Origin: Alphaproteobacteria bacterium
GTDB lineage: Bacteria > Pseudomonadota > Alphaproteobacteria > JAPOUT01 > G958296285
DNA length: 64,000 nt
NCBI GenBank assembly: GCA_965212115.1
Contig: CBDBUR010000002.1
Location: 817,658 to 881,657 of the forward strand
Direction of reading: 5' to 3'
Shown here: positions 1 to 10,416 of the stretch, one piece after another
Position numbering within the stretch: position 1 is the stretch's first letter
Layout: each line of letters starts with the position of its first letter
Notes under the pieces: generated by a model
Told to the model about the DNA's origin: nothing
Database searches by the model: none
Seen by the model: only the letters and a program-made list of their open reading frames with translations
Translations under genes and position numbers: made by a program

Positions 1-780
1 GGCAATTTATCCAACCGGGATTTTTCTGAAATTCGCCGGGCGTTTTTTGACTATGGCGTGATTTTTTTCCGCGATCAGGAACTGGCTCCGGAAGATCATG
101 TCAGCTTTGCGCAGAGATGGGGGCCGATTGTGATCAACCGCTTTTTCACGCCGGTTGAAGGCCATCCGCAGATTGCCGAAGTGCGCAAGGAGAAAGATCA
201 AAAAATCAACATTGGCGGCGGCTGGCATACCGATCATTCTTACGACCAAGAACCGGCGATGGGCTCCATCCTCTATGCGCTTGAGGTGCCCGATTGCGGC
301 GGTGATACTTTGTTTGCCAATATGTATATGGCCTATGACACTTTATCGGACGGGCTCAAAGAAACTTTGCGCGGCCTGCGCGCGGTTCATTCCAGCCGCC
401 ATGTGTTTGGCGAACAGGCCAAATATTTCGGCGAGGAGGACATCAAAACGCGGATCGGCAACGCACAAGCAGCGCTTCAAGATTCGGTTCATCCTGTGGT
501 CATCACCCACCCCGATAGCGGCCGCAAAGCGCTTTATGTCAATCCCGGCTTCACCCTGCACTTTGAAGGCTGGACGCCGGAGGAATCGAAGCCCTTGCTG
601 GATTTCCTCTACGCCCATGCGGCGCGCGGCGAACATACTTGCCGCTTTCGCTGGCAGGAAGGCTCGATCGCCTTCTGGGATAATCGCGCGACATGGCATT
701 ATGCGCTCAATGATTATCAGGGAAAATTTCGGCTGATGCACCGGATCACCATTGAAGGGGTTGCGCTTGACGCCGCCTGA
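1..780 (+). CDS. TauD/TfdA family alpha-ketoglutarate-dependent dioxygenase (5' truncated by window)
   Basis: WHTDHSY (HxD), GGDT, HPVV, WDNR..WH motifs; frame open back to base 1. Confidence 0.9.
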   Translation, partial: GNLSNRDFSEIRRAFFDYGVIFFRDQELAPEDHVSFAQRWGPIVINRFFTPVEGHPQIAEVRKEKDQKINIGGGWHTDHSYDQEPAMGSILYALEVPDCGGDTLFANMYMAYDTLSDGLKETLRGLRAVHSSRHVFGEQAKYFGEEDIKTRIGNAQAALQDSVHPVVITHPDSGRKALYVNPGFTLHFEGWTPEESKPLLDFLYAHAARGEHTCRFRWQEGSIAFWDNRATWHYALNDYQGKFRLMHRITIEGVALDAA

Positions 781-1627
781 CGAAGTGCTTGATCCGCGCA
801 TTCACCCTTGGCGCAAAGACCTCGCCGCCGCGCACCTCAAAGGCAAAATTGACGCCCCCAAATTCACTGAAGGCTTAAAAGCGCGCATCAAAGCACCGAT
901 TGCCGATCTGAGAAAAGAGCCATCAGATGGTGCGGGGCTGGAGACGCAATTATGTTTCGGCGAGATTTTTGAAATTTATGATGAGCAAAATGGCTGGGCT
1001 TGGGGGCAAGCGGCATCGGATGGCTATGTAGGCTATCTCAAATCCGATAAATGTGAAAAAAAATTGTTCGCAACAACGCATATCGTTTCCTCGCGCCAGA
1101 CAATAATTTTAGAAGCCCCCTCGCCCAAAGCGCAAAACATTATGACTTTGGGCATGGGCGCTGAAATCACGGTTGAGGAGGAAGTGAAGCATCAAACCTC
1201 TTTTGCGAAAATTAAATCAGGCGGTTTTATCCCTTTGCAACATTTGCAAAAAATAGATGATCCCGTCTCGGATTTTGTATCTATCGCGGAAAGCCTGATC
1301 GGCGTGCCTTATTTATGGGGCGGACGCGACACGCGCAGCTTCATTGATTGTTCGGCTTTGGTGCAATTAGCATTCACGCTTTCGGGCATATCGGTGCCGC
1401 GCAATTCCGATATGCAGGAAAAACAATTAGGCCAAAAGGTTAAGCCGCCTTTGCGGCGCGGCGATCTGGTGTTTTGGAAGGCGCATGTCGGCATCATGCT
1501 CGATGAAGATATATTGCTTCATGCCAATGCGTTTCACATGTCTGTCGCGCAGGAGAGGCTTTCGCAAGCTCAAGCGCGGATTCAAAATGTCGCGGGCGCG
1601 ATCACATCGATTAAAAGGCCAGATTAA
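752..1627 (+). CDS. NlpC/P60 (C40) peptidase with N-terminal SH3-like domains
   Basis: PYLWGG..IDCSALVQ catalytic Cys, GDLVFWKAHVGI, LLHAN; start uncertain (TTG 752/761/767). Confidence 0.88.
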   Translation: MKGLRLTPPDEVLDPRIHPWRKDLAAAHLKGKIDAPKFTEGLKARIKAPIADLRKEPSDGAGLETQLCFGEIFEIYDEQNGWAWGQAASDGYVGYLKSDKCEKKLFATTHIVSSRQTIILEAPSPKAQNIMTLGMGAEITVEEEVKHQTSFAKIKSGGFIPLQHLQKIDDPVSDFVSIAESLIGVPYLWGGRDTRSFIDCSALVQLAFTLSGISVPRNSDMQEKQLGQKVKPPLRRGDLVFWKAHVGIMLDEDILLHANAFHMSVAQERLSQAQARIQNVAGAITSIKRPD

Positions 1628-3231
1628 AAGGCTAAATCAAAAGCGGCGGAAATAAGTTTTTTGGTGTAATCGTGCTGCGGGTGATTGAATATATTTTCGG
1701 CCTCACCTTGCTCGACGACGCGGCCGTCCTTCATGACGATGATGTGATGCGCTAATGTCCGAACGATTTTGAGATCATGGCTGATAAAAAGATAAGCGAG
1801 GTGGTATTCCTCTTGGAGCGCGCGCAGCAGCGCGGCTATGCGCGCTTGAACCGACATATCCAGTCCGGAGGTTGGCTCATCGAGCACGATGAAAGCGGGC
1901 TTGAGCGCGATCGCGCGCGCAATGGCGATGCGCTGGCGCTGTCCGCCGGAGAATTCATGCGGGTAGCGATCCTGCATATCGCCTTCGAGTCCGACTTGAA
2001 CGAGCGCATCGCGCGCAAGGGCGCGGTAGTCTGCGCGCGGCGCGTTGCGCGGTTGATGGTGAATCTGTATGCCTTCGGTGACGATCTCCCCGACCGTCAT
2101 GCGCGGCGACAAGGAGCCATAAGGGTCTTGAAAGACGATCTGCATAGCGGGTCTGAGCGCGCGCATGTTTTGAGTCGAAAGCGTGTTGATGTCTGTGCCT
2201 TGAAACCGAATGGGACCTTGCGATTGGATCAGCTTCAGCAGCGCGAGACCTAGGCTAGTCTTGCCGGAGCCGGACTCACCGACCACGGCCAGACAATGTC
2301 CAGCGCGAAGGTTGAGTGAAATATGATCGACCGCTTTGACATGATCGACGATGCGCCGCAGCACACCCTTGCGGATCGGAAACCAGACTTTGAGATTATC
2401 AGCTTGCACAACCGGTGAAGATGGCGGCGTGATCGACGCGGGCGCACCTGACGGCACATCGGCAATCAACTGAGCGGTATGGGGATGTTGCGGGTTTTCA
2501 AAAACCTGCTCGACGCGGCCTGTTTCAACGATGCGCCCGTCATGCATCACATAGACTCGGTCGGCCATTTTGCGGACGACATCGAGATCATGGCTAATCA
2601 AAAAGAGCGCCATCTGATTTTTTTTGCGCAGCGCGGCGAGCAGATTGAGGATTTGCGCTTGGACGGTCACATCGAGCGCAGTGGTGGGCTCATCGGCGAT
2701 CAACAGATCGGGGTTGTTGGCAATCGCCATAGCGATCATCACGCGCTGGCGCTGTCCGCCGGATAATTGATGCGGCCAAGCATTGAGTCGCTCTTGCGAG
2801 AAATCGAGTCCGACATCGCTCAGCAGCTTGGTCGTTGTTTGCCGTCTTTGCTGTTTGTCGAGGTTTTGATGTTCTTCGAGCGCCTCTTCGATCTGTCGCG
2901 AGATAGTGTGCAGGGGATTAAGCGAGCTCATCGGCTCTTGGAAGATCATGCCGATTTTACCGCCGCGCAAATCATGGAGGTCTGTCGGCGGCGCTTGGGT
3001 GATATCTTTGCCTTTAAAAATAATTCTCCCCGAAGGGCGCGTGGCGGCGGCAGGCTCAAGCCGCAACACCGACAGCGCGCTCACCGACTTGCCCGACCCT
3101 GACGCGCCGACTAAAGCGACCGTTTCGCCCGGCTCGATGGTCAGAGAAAAATTTTTAACGACATCTTTTGCGCTGCGACCCGAATGAAAGCGAACGCTGA
3201 GCTTTTTAATTTCAAGCAGAGGTTGGCTCAT
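1624..3231 (-). CDS. yejF: Peptide ABC transporter ATP-binding protein, two ATPase domains
   Basis: Two Walker A motifs ([16 protein letters not shown]), [16 protein letters not shown]; operon context. Confidence 0.88.
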   Translation of the reverse strand: MSQPLLEIKKLSVRFHSGRSAKDVVKNFSLTIEPGETVALVGASGSGKSVSALSVLRLEPAAATRPSGRIIFKGKDITQAPPTDLHDLRGGKIGMIFQEPMSSLNPLHTISRQIEEALEEHQNLDKQQRRQTTTKLLSDVGLDFSQERLNAWPHQLSGGQRQRVMIAMAIANNPDLLIADEPTTALDVTVQAQILNLLAALRKKNQMALFLISHDLDVVRKMADRVYVMHDGRIVETGRVEQVFENPQHPHTAQLIADVPSGAPASITPPSSPVVQADNLKVWFPIRKGVLRRIVDHVKAVDHISLNLRAGHCLAVVGESGSGKTSLGLALLKLIQSQGPIRFQGTDINTLSTQNMRALRPAMQIVFQDPYGSLSPRMTVGEIVTEGIQIHHQPRNAPRADYRALARDALVQVGLEGDMQDRYPHEFSGGQRQRIAIARAIALKPAFIVLDEPTSGLDMSVQARIAALLRALQEEYHLAYLFISHDLKIVRTLAHHIIVMKDGRVVEQGEAENIFNHPQHDYTKKLISAAFDLAF

Positions 3232-4313
3232 GAGTTTATTTCCTGTTGATCGTTTTTGCTGGGCATAAAGTTTTTGCGCGGATCAAAAGCGTCGCGCACG
3301 GCCTCGCCGATAAACACCAGCAAAGAGAGCATCACCGCTAAGGTCAAAAATCCAGCGAGGCCGAGCCACGGCGCATGGATATTATTTTTACCCTGCGCGA
3401 GCAGCTCGCCGAGCGATGGCGAACCCGGCGGCAATCCAAAGCCTAAGAAATCGAGGGATGTGAGCGTCGTGATGGAGGCGTTGAGGATAAAAGGCATAAA
3501 GGTCAGCGCAGCGATAGTGGCGTTGGGCAGCAAATGGCGGAACATGATGCGCGCGACCGAAAGCCCCATCGCGCGCGCGGCGAGCACATATTCAAAGTTT
3601 CGAGCGCGCAGGAATTCGGCGCGCACAACGCCTACAAGCGCCACCCAGCTAAACAGCATCAAAATACCGAGCAAGATCCAAAAGCCCGGCGTGATGATCG
3701 CAGCGATGATGATGAGCAGATAAAGCTGCGGCACGCTTGTCCAGACTTCGATGAAGCGCTGAAAAATGAGATCGGTCCAACCGCCGAAATAACCCTGCGC
3801 GGCGCCTGCAGCGACACCGATAACGGAAGAAAAAAGCGTCAGCGTCAGGCCGAACAGCACGGAGATGCGAAAGCCATAGATCAGCCTTGCGAGCACATCG
3901 CGGCCTTGGTCATCTGTGCCGAGCCAGTTTTCGCCGTCCGGCGGCGAGGGCGCGGGTTGCGGCAGATTCAAATTGATGGTTTCGTAGCTATAGCGCACGA
4001 GCGGCCATAAGGTCCACGAGCTGGGTTCGCGCGTGAGCAGCTTTTGCAGATAGGGATCGCGATAATCGGCTTCGGTTGCGAATTCACCGCCAAAGGTCGT
4101 TTCAGGATAAGAAACAAAGACTGGCACATAAAACTCGCTTTGCCAATAGATCAGGAGCGGCTTGTCATTGGCGATGAATTCGGCGAACAATGTCGTCAAA
4201 AAAAGGGTTGAGAAAATCACTAAAGACCAGAAACCGCGCTGATGAGCACGGAAAATTTGCCAGCGCCTCTGCGCTAAAGGCGACGGGTGCCAGATTTTTT
4301 TGAATGCTCTCAT
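3228..4313 (-). CDS. yejE: Peptide ABC transporter permease
   Basis: AEFIANDKP, WLGTDDQGRDVLAR, HLLPNA motifs. Confidence 0.88.
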   Translation of the reverse strand: MRAFKKIWHPSPLAQRRWQIFRAHQRGFWSLVIFSTLFLTTLFAEFIANDKPLLIYWQSEFYVPVFVSYPETTFGGEFATEADYRDPYLQKLLTREPSSWTLWPLVRYSYETINLNLPQPAPSPPDGENWLGTDDQGRDVLARLIYGFRISVLFGLTLTLFSSVIGVAAGAAQGYFGGWTDLIFQRFIEVWTSVPQLYLLIIIAAIITPGFWILLGILMLFSWVALVGVVRAEFLRARNFEYVLAARAMGLSVARIMFRHLLPNATIAALTFMPFILNASITTLTSLDFLGFGLPPGSPSLGELLAQGKNNIHAPWLGLAGFLTLAVMLSLLVFIGEAVRDAFDPRKNFMPSKNDQQEINS

Positions 4314-5398
4314 GATTGACGCGATTCAAAATCGATGCGCGGATCGACCCAATTATAAGTGAGGTCTGAGATCAGCGTGATGATGAGGCCTAACAATCCA
4401 AAAATATAAAGCGTTGCGAAAACAACGGGATAATCGCGATCGACGATTGCGGTATAAGATAAGAGGCCGAGTCCGTCCAATGAGAAGATCGTCTCGATCA
4501 GCAGCGAGCCGGCAAAAAACGCGCCGATGAAAGCGCCCGGGAACCCGGCGATGATGATCAACATCGCATTGCGGAATACGTGGTGATAAAGAATCCGCCG
4601 CTCGGCGACTCCTTTGGCGCGCGCGGTGACGACATAATGGCGGGTAATTTCATCCAAGAACGCATTGCGCGTGAGCAGGCTCGTGGTCGCAAAAGAGCCG
4701 ATCGACAAAGCCGCCACCGGCAGCGCCAAATGCCAGAAATAATCGGCGATGCGCGCTGCCCATGAGAGCTCGTCCCAATTTTCTGAAGCCAATCCGCGCA
4801 GCGGGAAAACATCCCAGAACGATCCTCCAGCGAAAAGCACAACGAGAAATATCGCAAACAAAAAAGCTGGCACCGCATAGCCGATAACAATCACGATGCT
4901 TGTCCAGCCATCGAAGCTTGTGCCCGCGCGGCGCGCTTTGGCGATGCCTAAAGGAATGGAAATCAAATAGGTCAGCAGAGTCGCCCAGAGGCCGAGCGAT
5001 ATGGAAACGGGCATTTTTTCGATAATCAGATCGATGACGCTCTGGTCGCGATAATAGCTTTTGCCGAAATCGAAGCGGAGATAATTCCAGATCATCATCA
5101 AGAAGCGTTCATGGGCGGGTCGATCGAAGCCGAATTGGCGTTCGAGCTGGCGGATAAATTCGGGGTCGAGTCCTTGCGCGCCGCGATAGAGGCTGTTTTG
5201 CCCGCTTTGCGCGCTATAGGTTTCGCCGCCGCCGCCGGAAAAGCGTGATGTCGCCGACACTTGACTGTCGGTGAGCTGCGCGATGATTCGCTCGACTGGT
5301 CCGCCTGGGGCAAATTGCGCGATCGTGAAACTCACGAGCAAAATTCCGAACAAGGTTGGCACCATGAGGGCGAAGCGGCGGATGATATAGGCGCTCAT
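4310..5398 (-). CDS. yejB: Peptide ABC transporter permease
   Basis: AYIIRR..FAPGGPVE, YRGAQGLDPEFI, TARAKG. Confidence 0.9.
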   Translation of the reverse strand: MSAYIIRRFALMVPTLFGILLVSFTIAQFAPGGPVERIIAQLTDSQVSATSRFSGGGGETYSAQSGQNSLYRGAQGLDPEFIRQLERQFGFDRPAHERFLMMIWNYLRFDFGKSYYRDQSVIDLIIEKMPVSISLGLWATLLTYLISIPLGIAKARRAGTSFDGWTSIVIVIGYAVPAFLFAIFLVVLFAGGSFWDVFPLRGLASENWDELSWAARIADYFWHLALPVAALSIGSFATTSLLTRNAFLDEITRHYVVTARAKGVAERRILYHHVFRNAMLIIIAGFPGAFIGAFFAGSLLIETIFSLDGLGLLSYTAIVDRDYPVVFATLYIFGLLGLIITLISDLTYNWVDPRIDFESRQS

Positions 5399-5404
5399 TG
5401 CAGC

Positions 5405-7267
5405 TCAAGGCTCGCGGGATTTATTTTGCGTGCTGGGTTTGGCCCACCAAGTGTCGAGGATGCCGCGGGCGTAATCTGGTTTTGTTTTGGGGCGGTCATA
5501 AATATCCCAATAGGCGATATGGTGGCTGACATTATGCCATTGCGGCACCCAAATATAAAGCGCGCGCAGCACGCGGTCGAGCGCGTGAGCGGCATGGAGC
5601 TGTGCGCGGCGCGAGGGCGCGGCGATCACGCGCGCGGTCAGATCATCGACGGCCTCATGGGCGACGCCCGAAAGGTTGAGGCTTCCAGCCAGATGAGCGC
5701 CGGAGGAAGAAAAATAATTTTTCAATTCGATGCCGGGCGTACTGGACATGGTGAAGCGGCGGGTGGTCATGTCGAAATCGAACTGACGCATGCGCTGCTG
5801 GTATTGCGCCGCATCGACGATGCGCAGAGCGGCGTCTATGCCGAGAAGGCGCAAGTTTTTGATATAAGGCTGGACGATGCGCTCAAAGCTTGGCGTATCG
5901 TTGAGGAATTCGATTTTCAATAGCTGGTTTTTTTGATTATGCCGTTTGCCATTTTTAATTGTCCACCCGGCTTGGTCGAGCAGTTGAGCGGCGCGGCGCA
6001 AAAGTTGGCGATCTTGGCCTGAACCGTCGGAGCGCGGCACTTGGATCGCTGTGCCAAACACAGATGATGGCAGAATATCGCGCCACGGCTCAAGCAGGGT
6101 CAATTCCTGCTGCTGCGGCGCGCCGATGGCTTTCATCACGGAGTTTTCAAAGAAACTTTCCGTGCGGCGATAGATGCCATAAAATTGATTGCGGTTGGTC
6201 CATTCAAAGTCAAACGCATAAACGAGCGCTTCACGCACGCGCGGATCATGGAACTTCTCCTTGCGCATATTGATGAACCAGCCCTGCGCGCCCGACGGTG
6301 TTCGATCAGGCAGGACGAGCCTCTTGACGCGCCCGTCGCGCATGGCCGGAAAATTATATTGCCGCGCCCAGATTTTAGATACATATTCCTCGCGCAAATG
6401 ATAGACGCCAGCCTTAAAGGCTTCAAACTCGCTATTGCGATCGCGGAAATATTCGAATTTAATTTTGTCAAAGTTCCAGCGCCCTTTATTGACAGGCAGA
6501 TTCCGCGCCCAATAATTTTTGACTCTTTGATAGGTGATGTGGCGGCCAGCGGCAAAATCGCCGACCCGATAAGGGCCTGAGCCGAGAATCGGCTGCAACG
6601 TTGTTTTCGCGAAGTCGCGCTTTGCGTAATAGGCTTTGGAAAAGATCGGCAATTGAGCGATCAAAAGCCATGAATGCATGCGCTCGATGCGAGTTGTGAG
6701 CGCCGCCGCCAGCCTCAAATAGAGCCGCCCTTGATCGTCAACTTTGGCGGTTTTCAAATGACGCAAATGGCTGGCGATCAAAGGATGGCCATATTGTTTG
6801 AGCAGCATCAAAGAAAAGACGACATCTTCAGCGCGTAAAGCGTCGTCATTATGAAAGCGCGCCTGCTTGCGCAAAGAAAACAAAGCGCGCGAGGCATCTT
6901 TGGAAAGCCGGACATCATGCGCGACCAAGCCATAGACGGCATCGGGTTCGTCATAGGCGCGCGCCATCAGACTGTCAAAAGTCATTTCGAGGCCTTGAGC
7001 GCCATTGCCCTTGAGGATATATCCGTTGAGGCTGTCAAATGTGAGCGGCGAGGCGTTGGGAATGCGCGACGGCGCTCCGGTATGGGATAATTTGCCGCCT
7101 TTGGGTGCGAGCGGATTGACATAGACAAAATGGGCGAAGTCGGCGGGATAGTTGAGGCCGCCAAAAACCGAGAGGCCATGATCGGCCAAAGCGCTCGACG
7201 CATGAGCAGTCATCATACAAAATAGAAATCCTAGAAACGCTGTGCGCGGAAATGTCATTAAAATCAT
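5405..7267 (-). CDS. yejA: ABC transporter extracellular solute-binding protein family 5 (YejA-like), copy 1
   Basis: Signal peptide; HGLSVFG..YP, FDSLN, GSGPY, LPVNKGRWNFD; alternative start 7258. Confidence 0.85.
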   Translation of the reverse strand: MILMTFPRTAFLGFLFCMMTAHASSALADHGLSVFGGLNYPADFAHFVYVNPLAPKGGKLSHTGAPSRIPNASPLTFDSLNGYILKGNGAQGLEMTFDSLMARAYDEPDAVYGLVAHDVRLSKDASRALFSLRKQARFHNDDALRAEDVVFSLMLLKQYGHPLIASHLRHLKTAKVDDQGRLYLRLAAALTTRIERMHSWLLIAQLPIFSKAYYAKRDFAKTTLQPILGSGPYRVGDFAAGRHITYQRVKNYWARNLPVNKGRWNFDKIKFEYFRDRNSEFEAFKAGVYHLREEYVSKIWARQYNFPAMRDGRVKRLVLPDRTPSGAQGWFINMRKEKFHDPRVREALVYAFDFEWTNRNQFYGIYRRTESFFENSVMKAIGAPQQQELTLLEPWRDILPSSVFGTAIQVPRSDGSGQDRQLLRRAAQLLDQAGWTIKNGKRHNQKNQLLKIEFLNDTPSFERIVQPYIKNLRLLGIDAALRIVDAAQYQQRMRQFDFDMTTRRFTMSSTPGIELKNYFSSSGAHLAGSLNLSGVAHEAVDDLTARVIAAPSRRAQLHAAHALDRVLRALYIWVPQWHNVSHHIAYWDIYDRPKTKPDYARGILDTWWAKPSTQNKSREP

Positions 7268-7274
7268 TCCAAAG

Positions 7275-9074
7275 TCATTCCTTTAGCCACCAGATCGCCG
7301 GGAAGCCGAGGCCATAATCTGGCAGTTTTTTCGGATGAGCGAGAGGCCGCCAGAAAGCGGCCCTTGTCGCTGCTAAGTGCCATTGCGGCACGACATAATG
7401 AAAAGCGAGCAAAACGCGATCCAGCGCGCGACAAGCGGCGATGAGCTCGCGGCGATTTTTGGCGGCGATGAGATTTTCGATCAGCGCATCGATAGCAGGG
7501 TTTTGAATACCGATGAGGTTGCGGCCTCCGGGCAGTTGAGCGGCTTGGGAGCTCCAGAAATCGCGCTGCTCGTTGCCGGGCGAGAGAGACTGCCCAAACG
7601 TATGGATGATGATATCAAAATCATAATCGCGCAGCCGATTGCGATATTGCGCCGGATCGACAATCTGGACACGGACATCGATGCCTAATTTTTTGAGCTG
7701 ATTTTTATAGGCGAGCGCGATTTTTTCGAAAGCTGGCTGAACGAGCAGGAGTTCAACGACTAGAGGCTCGCCGTTTTTGCTGTTGACGAGTCGTGTTCCT
7801 TGAACGCGCCATCCGGCTTGACGCAAGAGCTTGGTGGCTTGACGCAGGCCGACGCGATTGCGCCCGGAACCATCGGTGCGCGGATTAGCAAAAGGTCGCG
7901 TGAACACTTCATCGGGAATTTGGCTGCGCCATTTTTCGAGCAGTTTCAATTCATTTTTTGACGGCAGGGCGGTCGCGGCGAGTTCGGAGCCTTCAAAATA
8001 GCTTTGTGTGCGGCGATAGGATTTATAAAAAAAATGCCGGTTCATCCATTCAAAATCAAAGGCGTAGTTAAACGCCTCGCGCAATCGCGGATCAGAAAAC
8101 TTGCCGCGTCGAATGTTGAAAACAAAGGCCTGCATACCGGACGGGTTTTTATCTTTGATTTCCTCGCGCGCCAATTTTGCGCCATGCTTGGCCGTGAGCG
8201 CCTCATAGCCGATCGCCCAATTTGCTGCGCGGCTTTCGACGCGAAAATCCAGCGCGCCCGACTTGAACGCTTCAAATGCGATCGTGTCATCACCAAAATA
8301 TTCAATGCGAATTTCGTCGAAATTATGCTGGCCAACATTAACCGGCAGATTTTTGCCCCAATAATTTTTGACGCGGCGATAGGTGATGGAGCGGCCAGCA
8401 TCGACTTTGGCGACGCGATAAGGGCCGGAGCCTAAAGGCGACGTCAAAGAAGTCGCCATAAAATCGCGGCCTTTCTGCTGCCAATGATGTTTGGGCAAGA
8501 TCGGCAATTGACCCAAAATAAAAGGCAGCTCGCGGTTCGAGCCGCGATCAAGATGAAAGCGCACTTGATGTTGCGATAATTTTTCTGTGCGGCGGACATT
8601 GCGATAGTAAGCGCGGTAAAATGGATGAGCGACTTTTAATGTTTTGAGCGTCCAGATCACATCATCGGCGGTGATGGGCTGGCCATCATGGAAGCGGGCT
8701 TGTTTTCGCAAAGTGAATGTCATATGGTTTTGATCTTTGGAGATCACGACCGAACGCGCGACGAGACCATAGGCAGAGGCCGGTTCATCAAGACTTGGGG
8801 CCATCAAAGTATCATAGATCAGAGATAGAAATTGCGCGGGGCGGCCTTTGATGATGAACGGGTTCAGACTGTCAAATCCGCCTTGAGCGCCGAGCGTCAG
8901 TTTTCCGGTTTTTGGCGCGCGCGCATTGACATAGGAAAATTTTTCAAACTTCTCTGGATATTTGAGATCGCCGAAAAGCGACAGGCCATGCTGTCGGGCG
9001 CTTGCGTTGCTCGTCCATATATTGGGCATATTGGGCGTGATCAGGAACAAAATCAGCGCAAGAGGTCGCAACAT
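7275..9074 (-). CDS. yejA: ABC transporter extracellular solute-binding protein family 5 (YejA-like), copy 2
   Basis: HGLSLFGDLKYP, FDSLNPFIIKG, SLSPGNEQRDFWSS. Confidence 0.85.
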   Translation of the reverse strand: MLRPLALILFLITPNMPNIWTSNASARQHGLSLFGDLKYPEKFEKFSYVNARAPKTGKLTLGAQGGFDSLNPFIIKGRPAQFLSLIYDTLMAPSLDEPASAYGLVARSVVISKDQNHMTFTLRKQARFHDGQPITADDVIWTLKTLKVAHPFYRAYYRNVRRTEKLSQHQVRFHLDRGSNRELPFILGQLPILPKHHWQQKGRDFMATSLTSPLGSGPYRVAKVDAGRSITYRRVKNYWGKNLPVNVGQHNFDEIRIEYFGDDTIAFEAFKSGALDFRVESRAANWAIGYEALTAKHGAKLAREEIKDKNPSGMQAFVFNIRRGKFSDPRLREAFNYAFDFEWMNRHFFYKSYRRTQSYFEGSELAATALPSKNELKLLEKWRSQIPDEVFTRPFANPRTDGSGRNRVGLRQATKLLRQAGWRVQGTRLVNSKNGEPLVVELLLVQPAFEKIALAYKNQLKKLGIDVRVQIVDPAQYRNRLRDYDFDIIIHTFGQSLSPGNEQRDFWSSQAAQLPGGRNLIGIQNPAIDALIENLIAAKNRRELIAACRALDRVLLAFHYVVPQWHLAATRAAFWRPLAHPKKLPDYGLGFPAIWWLKE

Positions 9075-9079
9075 GAGGT

Positions 9080-9598
9080 TTAGGGCAGAGCGGGTTGTTT
9101 AGCAGATAAAGAGCGCAAATAAAGAATGATCGCGGCGCGATCTTCGGGTTTGCGCAGACCGGCGAAGCTCATATTTGTGCCGGAGATAAATTGACGCGGT
9201 TTTTTCAAGAAAGCCGCGAGTTCTTGATAGCCCCATTTACCGGTGTGTTTTTTCATTGCGGCGGAGTAGTTGAAGTTTTTTTGCGCGGCGGTTTTGCGGT
9301 TGAGGATATTCCACAGATTGGGTCCGATTCGATGAGGGCCGTCCTTGTTGAAAGTATGACAAGAGACACATTTTTTAGCGACGCGTTCGCCGCGTTTGAG
9401 GCTGGCGATTTTGAGCAATTCGGCGAGGGATTTTTCGGGGGCGGCGGCGGCGGTTGGGAGTGCTGCGACCTGCGGTCCGGACAGGCCTGCGGTGGATGGC
9501 GGCGCATAGATCGCGCCCGCCGCGAGTCGCACGGCGGTCACGATAAACAGGGCAGCGAGGATGCCTCCCAAAATTTTATTCAGTTCGAAGCTTTCCAA
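9080..9598 (-). CDS. cycM: Membrane-anchored cytochrome c (CycM/c2-like)
   Basis: CVSCH heme motif, IGPNL, GTNMSFAGL; probable TTG start at 9598 giving (M)ESFELNKI plus TM anchor. Confidence 0.85.
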   Translation of the reverse strand: MESFELNKILGGILAALFIVTAVRLAAGAIYAPPSTAGLSGPQVAALPTAAAAPEKSLAELLKIASLKRGERVAKKCVSCHTFNKDGPHRIGPNLWNILNRKTAAQKNFNYSAAMKKHTGKWGYQELAAFLKKPRQFISGTNMSFAGLRKPEDRAAIILYLRSLSAKQPALP

Positions 9599-9675
9599 AG
9601 TTTTTGGCCTAAAATAATGGTGAAAATAGTGATAATGTTGGCGCACTCTAAAACGAAAGCGGTCGAGGCGCAAGC

Positions 9676-10416
9676 ATGGCAAACCCGATTATTTTGATAC
9701 CGGCGCGCATGGCGAGCGCGCGGCTGCCGGGCAAACCTCTGGCGCAGATTGGCTCGGCAGCGATGATTGTTCATGTGGCACGGCGCGCGGCAGCTTCGAG
9801 GATTGCGCCGGTGGTAATCGCTGCGGGCGAGGCGGAGATCGCTGAGGTGGTGAAAAAGGAAGGGTTTCGCGCGGTGCTGACAGCGCCGGAGCTGCCTTCG
9901 GGCTCGGATCGCTGTCTTGCGGCGCTTGAGGCAATCGATCCGGCGCGGCGTCATGATGTTGTTGTCAATTTGCAGGGTGATATGCCTAATATTGCGCCGG
10001 ATGCGATCAAGGCTTGTTATGAGGTTTTGGTTGCGGGCGCGGCGGATCTTGCGACTCTTGTGGCGCGGTGTGATGATGACGAGCTCACGGGCAATCCGGA
10101 TCAAGTCAAGGCGGTGCTTGCGCGGCGCGAGGGGCAGGATCATGCGCGGGTGCTTTATTTTTCGCGCAACCTTGTGCCCGCGGGCGCTGGTGAGATTTGG
10201 GGACATATCGGCCTTTATGTCTGGCAGCGCGAGGCGTTAGAGAGGTTTTCGCAGCTGCCGCCGTCAAGACTAGAAAAGCGTGAAAATCTCGAACAATTGC
10301 GCGCTTTAGAGGCCGGCATGGTGATTGAGACGGCGATCATTGACACACCACCTTTGTCGGTGGATTCTCCTGCTGATCTAGAAAAAGCGCGTGAAGTGAT
10401 GGGAACCAAAAGATGA
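9676..10416 (+). CDS. kdsB: 3-deoxy-manno-octulosonate cytidylyltransferase
   Basis: IPARMASARLPGKPL, VNLQGD, HIGLY, LEQLRALE. Confidence 0.95.
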   Translation: MANPIILIPARMASARLPGKPLAQIGSAAMIVHVARRAAASRIAPVVIAAGEAEIAEVVKKEGFRAVLTAPELPSGSDRCLAALEAIDPARRHDVVVNLQGDMPNIAPDAIKACYEVLVAGAADLATLVARCDDDELTGNPDQVKAVLARREGQDHARVLYFSRNLVPAGAGEIWGHIGLYVWQREALERFSQLPPSRLEKRENLEQLRALEAGMVIETAIIDTPPLSVDSPADLEKAREVMGTKR

